DNA of 64,000 nt from Azolla caroliniana (taxonomy: Eukaryota > Plantae > Polypodiophyta). Position numbers and translations under genes: made by a program. Below are positions 10,159 through 22,023 of the stretch, in pieces (position 1 is the stretch's first letter; the number at the start of each line of letters is the position of its first letter). The stretch lies in NCBI GenBank assembly GCA_043228905.1, contig JBHGNT010000018.1:14446001-14510000 (forward strand), read 5' to 3'. The notes beneath the pieces were generated by a model, which saw nothing but the letters and a program-made list of their open reading frames with translations, did not search any database and was not told the origin of the DNA.

Positions 10159-13100
10159 TGTTGGGATTGCGGTCCCTCCGGATGGGATGTCCGGAGATGA
10201 ATGACGGCAAGCCCGGAGACCGTTACGGAGCCGGATGATGAAGAGTACCCGGCTACGGAGCCGGATGATGAAGAGTACCCGGCTACGGAGCCGGATGATG
10301 AAGACCCCGGCTACGGAGCCGGATGATGTATGTACCCGGAGCGAGATCCGGATGCGGGGACATATTTGTGAATATGTTTGCCAAGGGCCCTTGAGGCTAT
10401 ATTTGTAAATAGCCCGAAAGTCATATGCGTATAAATATGACTTAGGGCAAACAGTTTTACTGTTGTTGCTCATTTTCTGTTTTTCCACTTAGAGGGAGCG
10501 AAGTGAGAGCAGCCGAGAGAGAGAGAGAGAGAGAGAGAAACGAAGAGGTCGACGCCTCTGTGTAATACCGCCGCCTGTGGCGAGGACAGCGAGCTCAAGG
10601 TCGTCGCCTTGCAGCTCGCCATTGTATGTTCCAGTGTATAGTGGTAGTTGGAGTCGTGCACTCCCGTGGTTTTTCCCGTTTAGGGTTTTCCACGTTATAC
10701 CCTGTGTATTCATCTCTCTGTGTCTTTGTTTTTATTTTTCTGCTGCATTGATCCGTGTTGTCTCGGTTGTGGCCGAGAGGCGAAAGATTTGATAGCGTCA
10801 ATTCTTTACAAAGTGGTATCAGAGCGACGATAACACAGAAGATGGAAGGCGGCGGTAGCGGGCAGCCGGGAATGATGGTGCTGAATGCGCAGAATTACGC
10901 CGACTGGAAGATCAAGATGGAGGATCTTCTGATTGTTCGGGACCTGTACGAACCGATTGACAGGTCGGAAATACCGAAGGGAGTACTTGAGTCGGAGTGG
11001 AAGCTCCTGAACCGGAAAGCAGTAGCGACGATCCGGCAATATGTCGATGTAAGTGTCCTGCAACATGTGGCGAACGATACGAACGCCTATGAGATGTGGA
11101 AGAAGCTGTCGGGCCTCTATGAGAGGAAGAATGCGTTGAACCGGACCTCCCTGATGAGAAAGATAGTGAACCTCAAGTACCGGGACGGCGAGAGTATGGT
11201 GGAACACGTAAGCACGTTCATGGGATTCGTGAACCAGCTTGCGGCGATCAAGTTCCCGTTGGAGGATGCAATGCAAGCCATCATCCTGATGTGTACATTG
11301 CCGGACAGCTGGGAGAATTTGGTGGTGACTCTCAGCACCTCCTGCACGGAAGACAACTTGTCCCTACAAACGGTAAAGACAAGTATTCTAAATGAAGAAG
11401 CGCGTCGGAGAGATAAAGAACCGGCCTCCGACTCGAAGGCGCTGCTTACCGAATCGGAACGGGGAAGACACTGGAACCGGAGTCCGCAAAGACGGGAGAA
11501 GTCGGGGACCCGGTCGCAGTCAAGAGGAAGACCCATTTGCTTCCACTGTGGGAAGCCGGGGCACTTCCGGAAGAATTGTCGGCATTACCGAAAGGACAAC
11601 GGAGCCGACGACGCCGATTCGAAGAAGTCACCGGAGAGAAACGGTGCATACCGGGGAGCCACGGACCGGAGAGGTCCGGATCGGCGAGGGCAGGACCGGA
11701 AAGGAACGACGGCACTCGCGGCAAGTGAAGAAGAGATAATGCTCATTACCGAAGAGAGGGAGCTGAACCTTGCCGGCGTAGAGATGACCTGGGTGGTCGA
11801 TTCCGGAGCGTCGTTCCACCTGACCCCGGAGAAGAAATACTTCTCATCCTACACAGCCGGTGAACATGGCTGTGTCCGGATGGGAAATGAAGGCACATGC
11901 CGGATTGCCGGCATAGGAGACGTGTGGCTGATGACATCAACCGGATGCAAGATGCTGCTGAAGGATGTGCGACACGTTCCGGAGGTCCGATTGAACCTGA
12001 TCTCGGCCGGGAGGCTAGATGATGAAGGCTACACGGGTAGCATCCGGAACGGTGTCATGAAGTTCAGCAAGGGGAGCCTGATAGTGGCTCGGGCCCGGAA
12101 GGTCAACACACTGTACCTGATGAATTCCCGGCTATGTCCGGAGGAGCTGAACGTGGCAGCCGACACTGCCGGTGAGCTGTGGCACAAGAGACTGTGCCAC
12201 ATGAGTGAGAAGGGGATGAAGAGGCTTGTAGAAGACAACCTCATTCCAGTGAAGCATGTGCACCTGGAGAAGTGCACCGATTGCCTGGCCGGTAAGCAGA
12301 ACCGAACCTCCTTCCACTCAAGGCCACCGACGAGACGTAGCGCACCCTTGGAGCTGGTGCACACTGATGTGTGTCAGGTAGAAACGAAGTCACATGGCGG
12401 AGCCCAGTACTTCGTGACATTCATTGATGATCACAGCCGGAAGCTGTGGACGGCACCGTTGAAGACAAAGGACCAAGTGTTGTCCGTCTTCAGAGAACTC
12501 CACGCGAGAGTGGAAAGAGAATCCGGCAAGAAGCTGAAAGCGATACGAGCGGATAACGGAGGGGAATACCGGGGGCAGTTCCAGGAGTACTGTCGCTCGA
12601 AGGGAATCCGGCTCGAGTTTACTGTGCCGAAGACGCCGGAACTGAACGGGCTGGCCGAGAGGATGAACCGGACCATAATGGAGAGGGTCCGGAGTATGCT
12701 AGCGCATGCGAAACTACCCAAGGGATTTTGGGCTGAGGCAATGTCGACGGCGACGTATGTGATAAATAGATCACCCTCAGTACCTTTGGACGGAGACACG
12801 CCGCAGAAAGTGTGGACCGGTAAGGAAGTGTCCTACCGGCATCTGAAGGTGTTCGGGTGTCTCACATACGTGCATGTGGCAAAGGACCGGAGAGGAAAGT
12901 TAGATCCAAAGACCCGGCCATGCATATTCCTCGGTTACGGCGACGACGAGTTCGGCTACCGAGTATGGGACCCGGTCGACAAGAAGATATTCAGGAGTCG
13001 AGATATCATTTTCATGGAGGACAAGACGCTCGCCGACTGGGAGTCGGAGAAGAAGATGAAGAGCTCCAAGTCGACCGGTGAGGATAAACTCTACGAGGAG

Positions 13101-15550
13101 CAGTCCCGACCGGCAAGGGACCGGTTAACACTCGAAGACCCGGCCGAAGACGGTGAAGAAACAGAACCGGCTGAAGAAGATGAAAATGATACCGGAACCG
13201 GCCCCGATCCCGAAATGGATTCGGATGAAGAAGAAGAATCGGAAGAACCGGTTACCGAAGCTCCCGAACGGAGATATCCTCTAAGAGAGAGAAGGGCCCC
13301 CCGGAGATTTCCGGAACCAGAGCACGTGCTGCTAACCGACGAGGGGGAGCCGGAGAGCTTTGAAGAAGCAAAGCACGACACCCAGAGCCGCAGGTGGTTA
13401 AGTGCCATGCAGGACGAGATGGATTCCCTGCATGAGAACCACACATATGAACTTGTGGAGTTGCCGAAAGGAAAGCGGGCACTTCGAAACAAGTGGGTGT
13501 TCAAGCTGAAACCGGGAGATGCCGGAAACCCCCCGAGATACAAAGCCCGGATCGTGGTGAAGGGGTTTCAGCAGAAGAAGGGCGTCGACTTCGACGAGAT
13601 ATTTGCCCCGGTAGTGAAGATGACCTCCATCCGGACGGTGCTGAGCATAGCGGCAAGCATGGACCTCGAGGTAGAACAGATGGACGTGAAGACGGCATTC
13701 CTTCACGGTGACCTCGAAGAAGAGATCTACATGCAGCAACCGGAAGGATTCGAGAAGAAAGGGAAGGAGCACCTGGTATGCCGGTTGAAGAAGAGCCTTT
13801 ACGGACTGAAGCAGGCTCCCCGGCAATGGTACCGGAAGTTCGACTCCTTCATGACCGACGAAGGGTACCTCAAAACGCAGTCTGACCACTGCGTGTTTGT
13901 GAAGAAGTTCGAAGGAGGAGACTTTCTAATACTCCTCCTGTACGTGGACGACATGTTGATCGTCGGACGGGACCAGGTAAAGATACGGATGCTGAAGAAG
14001 GCTCTTCACCGAACCTTCTCAATGAAGGACCTGGGTCCGGCGAGGCAAATACTAGGGATGCACATCATCCGGGACCGGAAGAAGAAGCAGTTGTGGCTGT
14101 CACAGGAGAAGTACGTGACGAAGATGCTTCACCGGTTCAACATGTCGGAAGCAAGACCGGTCGGATCGACCCTCCCGGCAAACTGCAAGCTGTCCAGCAA
14201 GCAATGTCCCAAGACAAAAGCTGAAAAGGAGGATATGATGAAAGTACCGTATGCCTCAGCCGTCGGGAGCTTGATGTACGCCATGGTGTGTACGAGACCG
14301 GATATAGGATATGCAGTCGGAGTGGTGAGCCGGTACATGAGCAATCCCGGCAAAGAGCATTGGAACGCGGTCAAGTGGATACTCCGATACCTGAAGGGCA
14401 CAGCGAATGTGTGCCTCCGATTCGGCTCCGGTAAGCCCGAACTCGACGGCTTCACCGATTCGGATATGTCGGCTGATGCAGATACCAGCCGGTCCACATC
14501 AGGGTATGTGATGACGTATGCAGGGGGAGCCGTTTCGTGGCAGTCGAGGCTGCAGAAGACGGTTGCGTTGTCAACCACGGAGGCGGAGTACATGGCAGCT
14601 GTTGAAGCCGGCAAGGAAGTAATATGGATGAAGGACTTCATTAGAGAGCTCGGTATCCGGCAGGAGGAGTACCGACTCTACTGCGACAGTCAGAGTGCAA
14701 TCCACCTTGCGAAGAACGCGGCCTATCACTCCCGGACGAAGCACATCCAGCGAAGATATCACTGGATCCGGGAAAGGATAGAAGACAAGGAGTTCGTGCT
14801 GACGAAGGTCCACACGGACGAGAACGGGTCGGATATGCTGACCAAGGTGCTCACACCCGACAAGCTGGAAGCATGCCGGAAGAGGATCGGATTGGAGAGA
14901 CATCCCATGCCGAAGTGAAGGGGGAGTTTGTTGGGATTGCGGTCCCTCCGGATGGGATGTCCGGAGATGAATGACGGCAAGCCCGGAGACCGTTACGGAG
15001 CCGGATGATGAAGAGTACCCGGCTACGGAGCCGGATGATGAAGACCCCGGCTACGGAGCCGGATGATGTATGTACCCGGAGCGAGATCCGGATGCGGGGA
15101 CATATTTGTGAATATGTTTGCCAAGGGCCCTTGAGGCTATATTTGTAAATAGCCCGAAAGTCATATGCGTATAAATATGACTTAGGGCAAACAGTTTTAC
15201 TGTTGTTGCTCATTTTCTGTTTTTCCACTTAGAGGGAGCGAAGTGAGAGCAGCCGAGAGAGAGAGAGAGAGAGAGAGAAACGAAGAGGTCGACGCCTCTG
15301 TGTAATACCGCCGCCTGTGGCGAGGACAGCGAGCTCAAGGTCGTCGCCTTGCAGCTCGCCATTGTATGTTCCAGTGTATAGTGGTAGTTGGAGTCGTGCA
15401 CTCCCGTGGTTTTTCCCGTTTAGGGTTTTCCACGTTATACCCTGTGTATTCATCTCTCTGTGTCTTTGTTTTTATTTTTCTGCTGCATTGATCCGTGTTG
15501 TCTCGGTTGTGGCCGAGAGGCGAAAGATTTGATAGCGTCAATTCTTTACA
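10159..15550 (+). mobile_element. Element D: intact, recently inserted Ty1/Copia retrotransposon
   Basis: LTRs 10159-10810 and 14929-15550; PBS TGGTATCAGAGC (tRNA-iMet) at 10814-10825; PPT GAAGGGGGAG; perfect 5-bp TSD CAATG; single open gag-pol. Confidence 0.98.
10842..14918 (+). CDS. gag-pol: Copia Gag-Pol polyprotein (Gag, CCHC knuckle, protease, integrase, RT, RNase H)
   Basis: Motifs CFHCGKPGHFRKNC, WVVDSGAS, LWHKRLCH, VHTDVC..ADNGGEY..AERMNRT, YVDDML, FTDSD and YCDSQSA. ATG at 10842 follows the PBS; the track ORF begins at 10755, inside the LTR. Confidence 0.97.
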   Translation: MEGGGSGQPGMMVLNAQNYADWKIKMEDLLIVRDLYEPIDRSEIPKGVLESEWKLLNRKAVATIRQYVDVSVLQHVANDTNAYEMWKKLSGLYERKNALNRTSLMRKIVNLKYRDGESMVEHVSTFMGFVNQLAAIKFPLEDAMQAIILMCTLPDSWENLVVTLSTSCTEDNLSLQTVKTSILNEEARRRDKEPASDSKALLTESERGRHWNRSPQRREKSGTRSQSRGRPICFHCGKPGHFRKNCRHYRKDNGADDADSKKSPERNGAYRGATDRRGPDRRGQDRKGTTALAASEEEIMLITEERELNLAGVEMTWVVDSGASFHLTPEKKYFSSYTAGEHGCVRMGNEGTCRIAGIGDVWLMTSTGCKMLLKDVRHVPEVRLNLISAGRLDDEGYTGSIRNGVMKFSKGSLIVARARKVNTLYLMNSRLCPEELNVAADTAGELWHKRLCHMSEKGMKRLVEDNLIPVKHVHLEKCTDCLAGKQNRTSFHSRPPTRRSAPLELVHTDVCQVETKSHGGAQYFVTFIDDHSRKLWTAPLKTKDQVLSVFRELHARVERESGKKLKAIRADNGGEYRGQFQEYCRSKGIRLEFTVPKTPELNGLAERMNRTIMERVRSMLAHAKLPKGFWAEAMSTATYVINRSPSVPLDGDTPQKVWTGKEVSYRHLKVFGCLTYVHVAKDRRGKLDPKTRPCIFLGYGDDEFGYRVWDPVDKKIFRSRDIIFMEDKTLADWESEKKMKSSKSTGEDKLYEEQSRPARDRLTLEDPAEDGEETEPAEEDENDTGTGPDPEMDSDEEEESEEPVTEAPERRYPLRERRAPRRFPEPEHVLLTDEGEPESFEEAKHDTQSRRWLSAMQDEMDSLHENHTYELVELPKGKRALRNKWVFKLKPGDAGNPPRYKARIVVKGFQQKKGVDFDEIFAPVVKMTSIRTVLSIAASMDLEVEQMDVKTAFLHGDLEEEIYMQQPEGFEKKGKEHLVCRLKKSLYGLKQAPRQWYRKFDSFMTDEGYLKTQSDHCVFVKKFEGGDFLILLLYVDDMLIVGRDQVKIRMLKKALHRTFSMKDLGPARQILGMHIIRDRKKKQLWLSQEKYVTKMLHRFNMSEARPVGSTLPANCKLSSKQCPKTKAEKEDMMKVPYASAVGSLMYAMVCTRPDIGYAVGVVSRYMSNPGKEHWNAVKWILRYLKGTANVCLRFGSGKPELDGFTDSDMSADADTSRSTSGYVMTYAGGAVSWQSRLQKTVALSTTEAEYMAAVEAGKEVIWMKDFIRELGIRQEEYRLYCDSQSAIHLAKNAAYHSRTKHIQRRYHWIRERIEDKEFVLTKVHTDENGSDMLTKVLTPDKLEACRKRIGLERHPMPK

Positions 15551-15760
15551 CAATGTTGGCTCGAACTGCTGGTGTCTCCGGATCGGTGTGAGGATCCCAT
15601 AGGAACGGTCTTTGTTCCTCCTCTTTCCATCGACCTTGCCGAGAGGTCCAGTTGCAGTTTGTGGCCGCCTCGCCGGCCCGATACCTCCTTGCCGCTCTGC
15701 CTTCGTCATCTAATCACATTCACCTGCCGCCACCGATCTCTCCTATAGGACTCATGCCGG

Positions 15761-16415
15761 TGTCGTGAAGAAAACCGGCCATAGGCGGATTCGGGCAAAA
15801 AGGCGCATGAACCGGCTCTTACACGGATGGACGCCTGACTTGATATTTTTGATATTGATTCCGAAATGGATCAACTGATTTAAATACTAAGTAGTGCACA
15901 TTTATTAGGAGGGATTGTGCGTATCTCTGTCAGAAGGGACAGTGAATAAAGCGATTTGACTAGGGAAAGGGGCACCCCCTTTTAGGGAACTATTTAAAGA
16001 GAGGGGGGTCGCGCGTTAAGGGGGGGGGGGGGGGGGGGGATGAAGTGCTGCAGGACCGGGGGCTGAACTCTCTCTCCTCCTTCGACCGTCATTCTCTGTG
16101 GGTGTGGGGAGTTCGACGCCTCTGCTTCGTGGGTAGCCCGTGCGCTGCCATCAGAGGCTTTTCCTTCAGCGTTTCTCTGTGTCCAGTGTGTTCTGTCTGT
16201 GTGCGTGAGTAGGGTCCCCGTGTCGGGCCCATCGCCGCCTTGCCGGTTGTAACTGTCGGAGTTTGTAATCTCCTGTTATTGTAATTAAGTGTTCTGTTCT
16301 ATATCTCTACTTCTTGTTTCTGTGTATTTGGTGATTCTCTCTCTCTCTCTCTCTCCTCGGTCCAAGACCCCCGTGGTCCCGCCCCTTCTACGTGCATGCG
16401 CGTAACAACGCGACA
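15761..16415 (+). mobile_element. S1: solo LTR of the tRNA-Trp Gypsy group
   Basis: TGTCGTGAAGAAAACC..GTAACAACGCGACA; ends match the G LTR ends; flanked by 4-bp TSD CCGG. Confidence 0.88.
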
Positions 16416-17611
16416 CCGGCACTCGGGCCGACCGCCGGATCGGTGTGAGGATCTCCATGGGACTCCCCCGCCCTTTTGCCGTCTCAGTTGCCCGCCTTGC
16501 CGCCGCCACCGTTCTTCCCTCTTGGTCTCACACCGGCTCTCGGGCCGACTGCCAGAGTGTCTAGAACCAATGTGTGTAAGGTCATAGCAGCACCTCGGTG
16601 TGAGGATCTCCGCAAATCGCCCATCCTCAGTCATTTGCCTTTGTCCCCTCACCGCCACCGTTCGATACTCTAGGTCTCACGCCAGCTCTTGGGCCGACCG
16701 CTGGAGTCTGTAGAACAGGTGTGAAGGATCCTCCTCGGGCTTGTCGTATTTCAGACCCTTATCCTGGGTCTTCCTTCTCCGCATATCGAGAGGGTGGCTT
16801 GCTCCACACCCTCTCCCGTGGTACCGATGTACTGTTCTCCCGACCTCTTCGTAGGCCTGCTCTATCCTCCCTCCCGAATCGGTTATCCGGAAGTCCGCTT
16901 CGCCATTATCTGGATTGCTGGGTCCCGTTCTCTTGACGCCACCGTTCTCTCCTATAGGACTCACGCCGATCGGTGTGAGGATCTTCGTAGGACCAGTCTT
17001 CGTTCTCCACTTCGTCCCTTGTACTTTTCCCAAACTCGTCGTCGCTGACCTTGCTGTGCTCCTGCCTCCATCTTCCATCTCTTTCGGTCTCACGTTGCCA
17101 CGCTGGCCGAACTGCCAAAGTCTCCGGTCAAGATGTGGGGACACCGATTTCGTAACAACTCCCGACGACTCATCCGAGCCGCTGACCCTTTTTGTGGTGT
17201 CGGTGGAAAGCATCCACTCTATGATCGATCAAGCCCGCTTAGGCTTGATTCTCCAATGTCCGGAGTTTCGGCTCCGATGCCGACCCCGCCGGACTCGTTC
17301 CGTACCCTCGATCATCTTCTTCCCGATTCCCGACCTTCGCCCGACCAGTCTTTCTCCTCATGTAAAAGAGGGCGGCTCGTCCGGCACCCTCTTCCGTGTC
17401 GGCACCTTCATGCCGAACCTTGCCCTAGTCGCGCGATCCACGTCCGGATTGTGCTCCACCCGAATCGGGACACCGACCAATCCGATCCCCGGTCGGTTCG
17501 ACTTCCGATTCTGCTCCCCTCGGCACCGACTCTCATTTCCTCCTTCTCTGCCGCGGCTCCGTCCTCGACCTTCTCTTAGGCCGTTTCCCGTCCATCTTCG
17601 CTGGCATTGTG

Positions 17612-18616
17612 CTAGGACTCCTCACTTGCGCCTTCCATCTCTTCGGTCTTATGTCGGCGAACGGGCTCGATTGCCAGAGTCTTTGGAATCCGCGTGGAGG
17701 GCTCTTCTCCGCTTCCGACCTCCTCCTTGGCCGGTCTTTCTCCGCAAGCTGAGATGGCGTTTTGTTTTGCACCCTCTCCCGTGGTACTGTCGTTCCGATC
17801 TTCTGCCATCTTGTGGGGTAGGTCCGTCTCCTCGGCATCGGCTTGTGGCCTCGATCTTTCCTTTTCCTCGAGCATTGCCTCGAGAGTGGCGTACGCCTCC
17901 GTAATCTTGGCCCCGAAGCCGAGCCTTGCCGCCTCTCTTTGCCATTCGACCTCTTCCTGTTGTGATGGCGCGCCGTCACGCGTCTTCCTCCTAGCCTTCT
18001 CGGCTCGCTCATCATCTAGTTGTTGGCATACCCTTCTGACCTTCGACCAGGCCTCCGTAAGGCCATTCGCTCCGTCCTCGTCTTCGAGCTCAATCCCGAT
18101 GGCCTCCCGTTCCCATCGGTCGATCGACCTAACAAACAACAGGACTTTGTCCGCCCCCACCAAACCTTGCTCCCGCTCCAGGAGCCGAGCAAGTTGTCGC
18201 TCGAACTCTCGGAACGCCTTCATTGCGCCTCGGTGGGTCTTCGCCGATGCCACCCACTGGTCGAAGCTGCGTCATCCCTGGCTTTTCCGCCGTCCTCCAT
18301 ATGCCTACAGGAGCCCCTCTTCGAAGGCCTCCCACGAACTATGAGCTTCTCGGAGCTCCTTCACTTCCACGTGCATGCGGACAGGGACGACTCGACAGAA
18401 GAACCCCAGCCTCAATGCCTCATCTACGTCTCGCTCCTCCATTTCCGCGTTGTAGGCTTCCAAGTAGAATGGGACTTTGTCCCCGTTGAAACGACCGACT
18501 CTTTTGACCACTCGCTCAACAGCTTGTTGCGCCGCCTCCCTTCTTGTTGTTGCTCGTCCAAATTCCCTCACCACTTCGACAAAAAGTTGCGTGAAGTCAT
18601 CTTCTTCCAACTCCAT
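17612..18616 (-). pseudogene. gag: gag-like remnant of element B
   Basis: Two in-frame ORF pieces split by a stop, similar to the gag of G (34051) and H (55385). Confidence 0.75.
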
Positions 18617-18653
18617 TCTCCCTTGCCTCCCTTCACGTCGGGTTCACCAAAGA

Positions 18654-19438
18654 TGTCGCGTTATTACGCGCGTGCGTGTAGAAGGGGCGGGACCACAGGG
18701 GTCTCGGACGAGGGAGGAAGGGATGCCGAGAAACCAACACCGGACACGTCCCGGAGGCAACTGAACATGAGAGAGAGAGAGAGAGAAAAAAGAGAGATAG
18801 AGCATGTGCGCGACACCGACTCTTATGCACAGGAAACAAGGGCTATGCTCCTGACACCACCAAATGCACCAATATGCACAAATAGATATGAGTATGTATA
18901 TTACAAGGGAAAAGATGCAACCCTGGCTTCGAGCCGGACCAAGGTAGGGTAGGTTACAACGGCAATCTGCTGCCAAGCCGCCGATCGGGGAGCTCTCGGG
19001 CTCGTCGTGCCGAGCGAGGTCTTGCACAGGAGACCGAGCAGAAGCAAACCCTAAACATACACGAACTCTCAACCCATACGACGAAGAAGAAGAAGAAGAA
19101 AGAAAGAAAGAAAACTACCAAGATGATACCCTAGAACGAAGCAAGAATAAGAGGAACTGCCTAACCCTAACTCTAACGGTATACCCTCCTAACTCAAAAT
19201 GGGCAACCCCTCTACAAGGGACCCTCCATTCGTTTTATAGAACAAGGAGAGGGATGCGTTACAATGTGGGATAAATCCCGATTTACATGGGATTCTCTGT
19301 CCCGACTTAACTCCTACTCGGCACCATAAAGGCACCCCTATTATTCACACGTTTTACAAGGGTAAGTGCACATGATGCACTCTGCCGATTCTTCTGATAT
19401 TCCCCGGTTTCTCACTATGGCCCGCAATCTTCACGACA
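18654..19438 (-). repeat. 5' LTR of B, shared with an adjacent tandem unit
   Basis: PBS on its left side and the PPT/3'-internal sequence on its right side (19439-19573 repeats 6190-6324). Confidence 0.9.
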
Positions 19439-22023
19439 TCTGCCCCCACCAAACCGCACGTCCACCGGTACGTGCCAAGTTGGGAGAAGGGGAGAGATTC
19501 CGTCCAGTGAGAAACCGGTCTTTCGTAATCCGCATTCCGGCTGCGCGTTGGCCTCGCCGGTCCGAACCGTCGTCTATTTACAAATATAGCCCCGATGGAC
19601 TCTCAGAAACATATTTACGAATATGTCCCTTCATTCGGTGAGCACTCCTCACCGGGCCTGCATCATCCAGCGCTTGCGGAGTACTCATTCGGTTCTCACT
19701 GGGTCTTCCGTTTTCGGGTACTCCTCATCCGGTTCTCACCGGGTCTTCCGTTGCCGGGTACTCCTCATCCGGTTCTCACAGGGTCTTCCGTTGCTGGGTA
19801 CTCCTCATTCGGTTCTCACCGGGTCTTCCGTTGCCGGTTACTCCCTATCCGGTTCTCACCGGGTCATCCCATCCGGAGGGACCTGTTTCCTAACAAACTC
19901 CCCCTTCACTCCGGCATGGGATGTCTTACTAGTTCGATCCGCTTCCGGCATGCTTCTAGCTTGTCAGGTATCAGTACTTTGGTCAGCATATCTGACCCGT
20001 TCTCGGGCGTGTGGATCTTCGTCAGCGCGAACTCCTGGTCATCTACTCTTTCCCGGATCCAGTGATACCTTCACTGGATATGCTTCGTCCGGGAATGGTA
20101 GGCCGCATTCTTAGTAAGGTGGATGGCACTTTGACTGTCGCAATAGAGTCGATATTCATCTTGCCGGATACTGAGCTCTGCGATGAAGTCCTTCATCCAT
20201 AATATTTCCTTGTTGGCTTCGACAACCGCAATGTACTCCGCCTCTGTGGTTGACAATGCAACCGTCTTCTGCAGCCTCTACTGCCACGAAACAACTCCCC
20301 TTGCATATGTCATTACATACCCAGATGTAGACCGACTGGTATCCACATCAGCCGACATGTCCGAATCGGTCGTCAAGTTGAGGTTTTCTGGAGCCGAATC
20401 GGAGACACATATTCGAAGTGCCCTTCAAGTACCAGAGTATCCATTTGGCCGCGTTCCAGTGCTCCTTGTCGGGATTGCTCATGAACCGGCTCACCACTCC
20501 GACTGCATATCCAATATCTAGTCGAGTACACACAATTGCGTACATTAAGCTCCCGACAGCAGAGGCATATGGAACCTTCATCATATCCGCCTTCTCTGCT
20601 TTCGTCTTCGGGCTTTGCTTACCGGATAACCTGCAGTTTGCCGGAAGTGTCGATCCGACCGGTTTCGCATCTGACATGTTGAACCGCTGAAGCACCTTTG
20701 TCACGTACTTCTCCTATGACATCCACAATTGCTTCATTGACCGGTCCCGGATAATATGCATTCCCAGCATCTGTCTTGTCGGACCCAAGTCTTTCATTGA
20801 GAAGGTCCGGTTGAGAGCCTTCTTCAACATCCGTATTTTGGCTTGGTCCCGTCCGATGATCAACATGTCGTCCACGTACAGAAGGAGTATCAGGAAGTCG
20901 CCTCCTTCGAACTTCTTCACAAACACGCAGTGATCGGCCTGTGTCTTGTGGTACCCTTGATCGGTCATGAAGGAGTCTAACTTCCGGTACCATTGCTGGG
21001 GGTCCTGCTTCTACCCGTAGAGGCTCTTCTTCGACCGGCAAACCAGGTGCTCCTTCCCTTTCTCCATGAATCCTTCTGGTTGCTGCATGTAGATCTCCTC
21101 TTTGAGGTCACCGTGAAGGAATGTCGTCTTCACGTCCAGCTGCTCTACCTCGAGGTCCATGCTTGCCGCTATACTTAGCACCGTCTGGATGGAGGTCATC
21201 TTTACTACCGGGGCAAATATCTCGTTGAAGTCCGCACCCTTCTTCTACTGGAACCCCTTCACCACGATCCTGTCTTTGTATCTCGGGGGGTTGCCGGCAT
21301 CTCCCTGTTTCAACTTATACACCCACTTATTTCGGAGTTCCCTCTTTCCTTTCGGCAACTCCACCAATTTGTACGTATGGTTCTCATGCAGGGAATCCAT
21401 CTCATCCTGCATTGCACTTAACCATTTGCGGCTGTGGGTGTCATCCTTCGCTTCTTCGAAGCTTTCCGGCTCTCCCTCATCGGTCAGCTGCACATGCTCT
21501 GAATCTGGAAATCTTCGGGGGGCCCTTCTCTCTTTGAGAGGATATCTCCGTCTTTGGCCTTCGGCAACCGGCTCCACTATTTGATCTTCATCCGAATCCG
21601 ATTCGGGGTCTTGGCCGGTTCCGGTTTCAGCTTCCTCTACATCTTCTTCTGCCGGTTCGGTATCCTCACCATAACCGCTGGTTCCTCGAGTGCTAACCGG
21701 TCTCTTGCCAGTTGGGTCTGCTCATCGTAGAATCGATCCTTACCGGTCGACTCGGAGTTCATTATCTTCGTCTCCGACTCCCAGTTGGCGAGCGTCTTGT
21801 CCTCCATGAAGATAATATCTCGACTCCGGAATACCTTCTTGTCAACCAGGTCCGACACTCGGTAGCCGAACTCATCGTCGTCGTAACCGAAGAATATGCA
21901 TGGCCGGGTCTTCGGATCTAGTTTTCTTCTCCTTTCCTTAGCTACATGCACGTACGCAAGACACCCGAATACTTTCAGATGCCGGTAGGACATTTCCTTA
22001 CCGGTCCAGACTCTCTGTGGCGT

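Larger units (their letters stand above)
5405..19438 (-). mobile_element. Element B: non-autonomous Ty3/Gypsy (gag-like only, no pol), tRNA-Trp primed, hosting C, D and S1
   Basis: Two ~785-bp LTRs (5405-6189, 18654-19438); PBS 18632-18649; gag-like fragments 18616-18305 and 18253-17612 resemble G/H gag (RFNGDKV..YLEAY; KVLLFVRSID); no RT or integrase motifs. Confidence 0.88.

Noticed and set aside
10755-10841. N-terminal extension of the D polyprotein
   Set aside because: The GTG start lies inside the LTR, upstream of the PBS; ATG 10842 matches the start in element I.
16020-16039. Poly-G run as a special element
   Set aside because: A homopolymer inside solo LTR S1; its length is unreliable and nothing else supports a function.
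15556-17140. CRISPR-like array (conserved motif with variable spacers)
   Set aside because: The repeats are degenerate, irregularly spaced and inside a eukaryotic retroelement; no cas genes are present.
16915-18952. Plus-strand ORFs of 329, 216 and 310 aa
   Set aside because: They are antisense shadows of the GC-rich gag-like region of B with no recognisable motifs.
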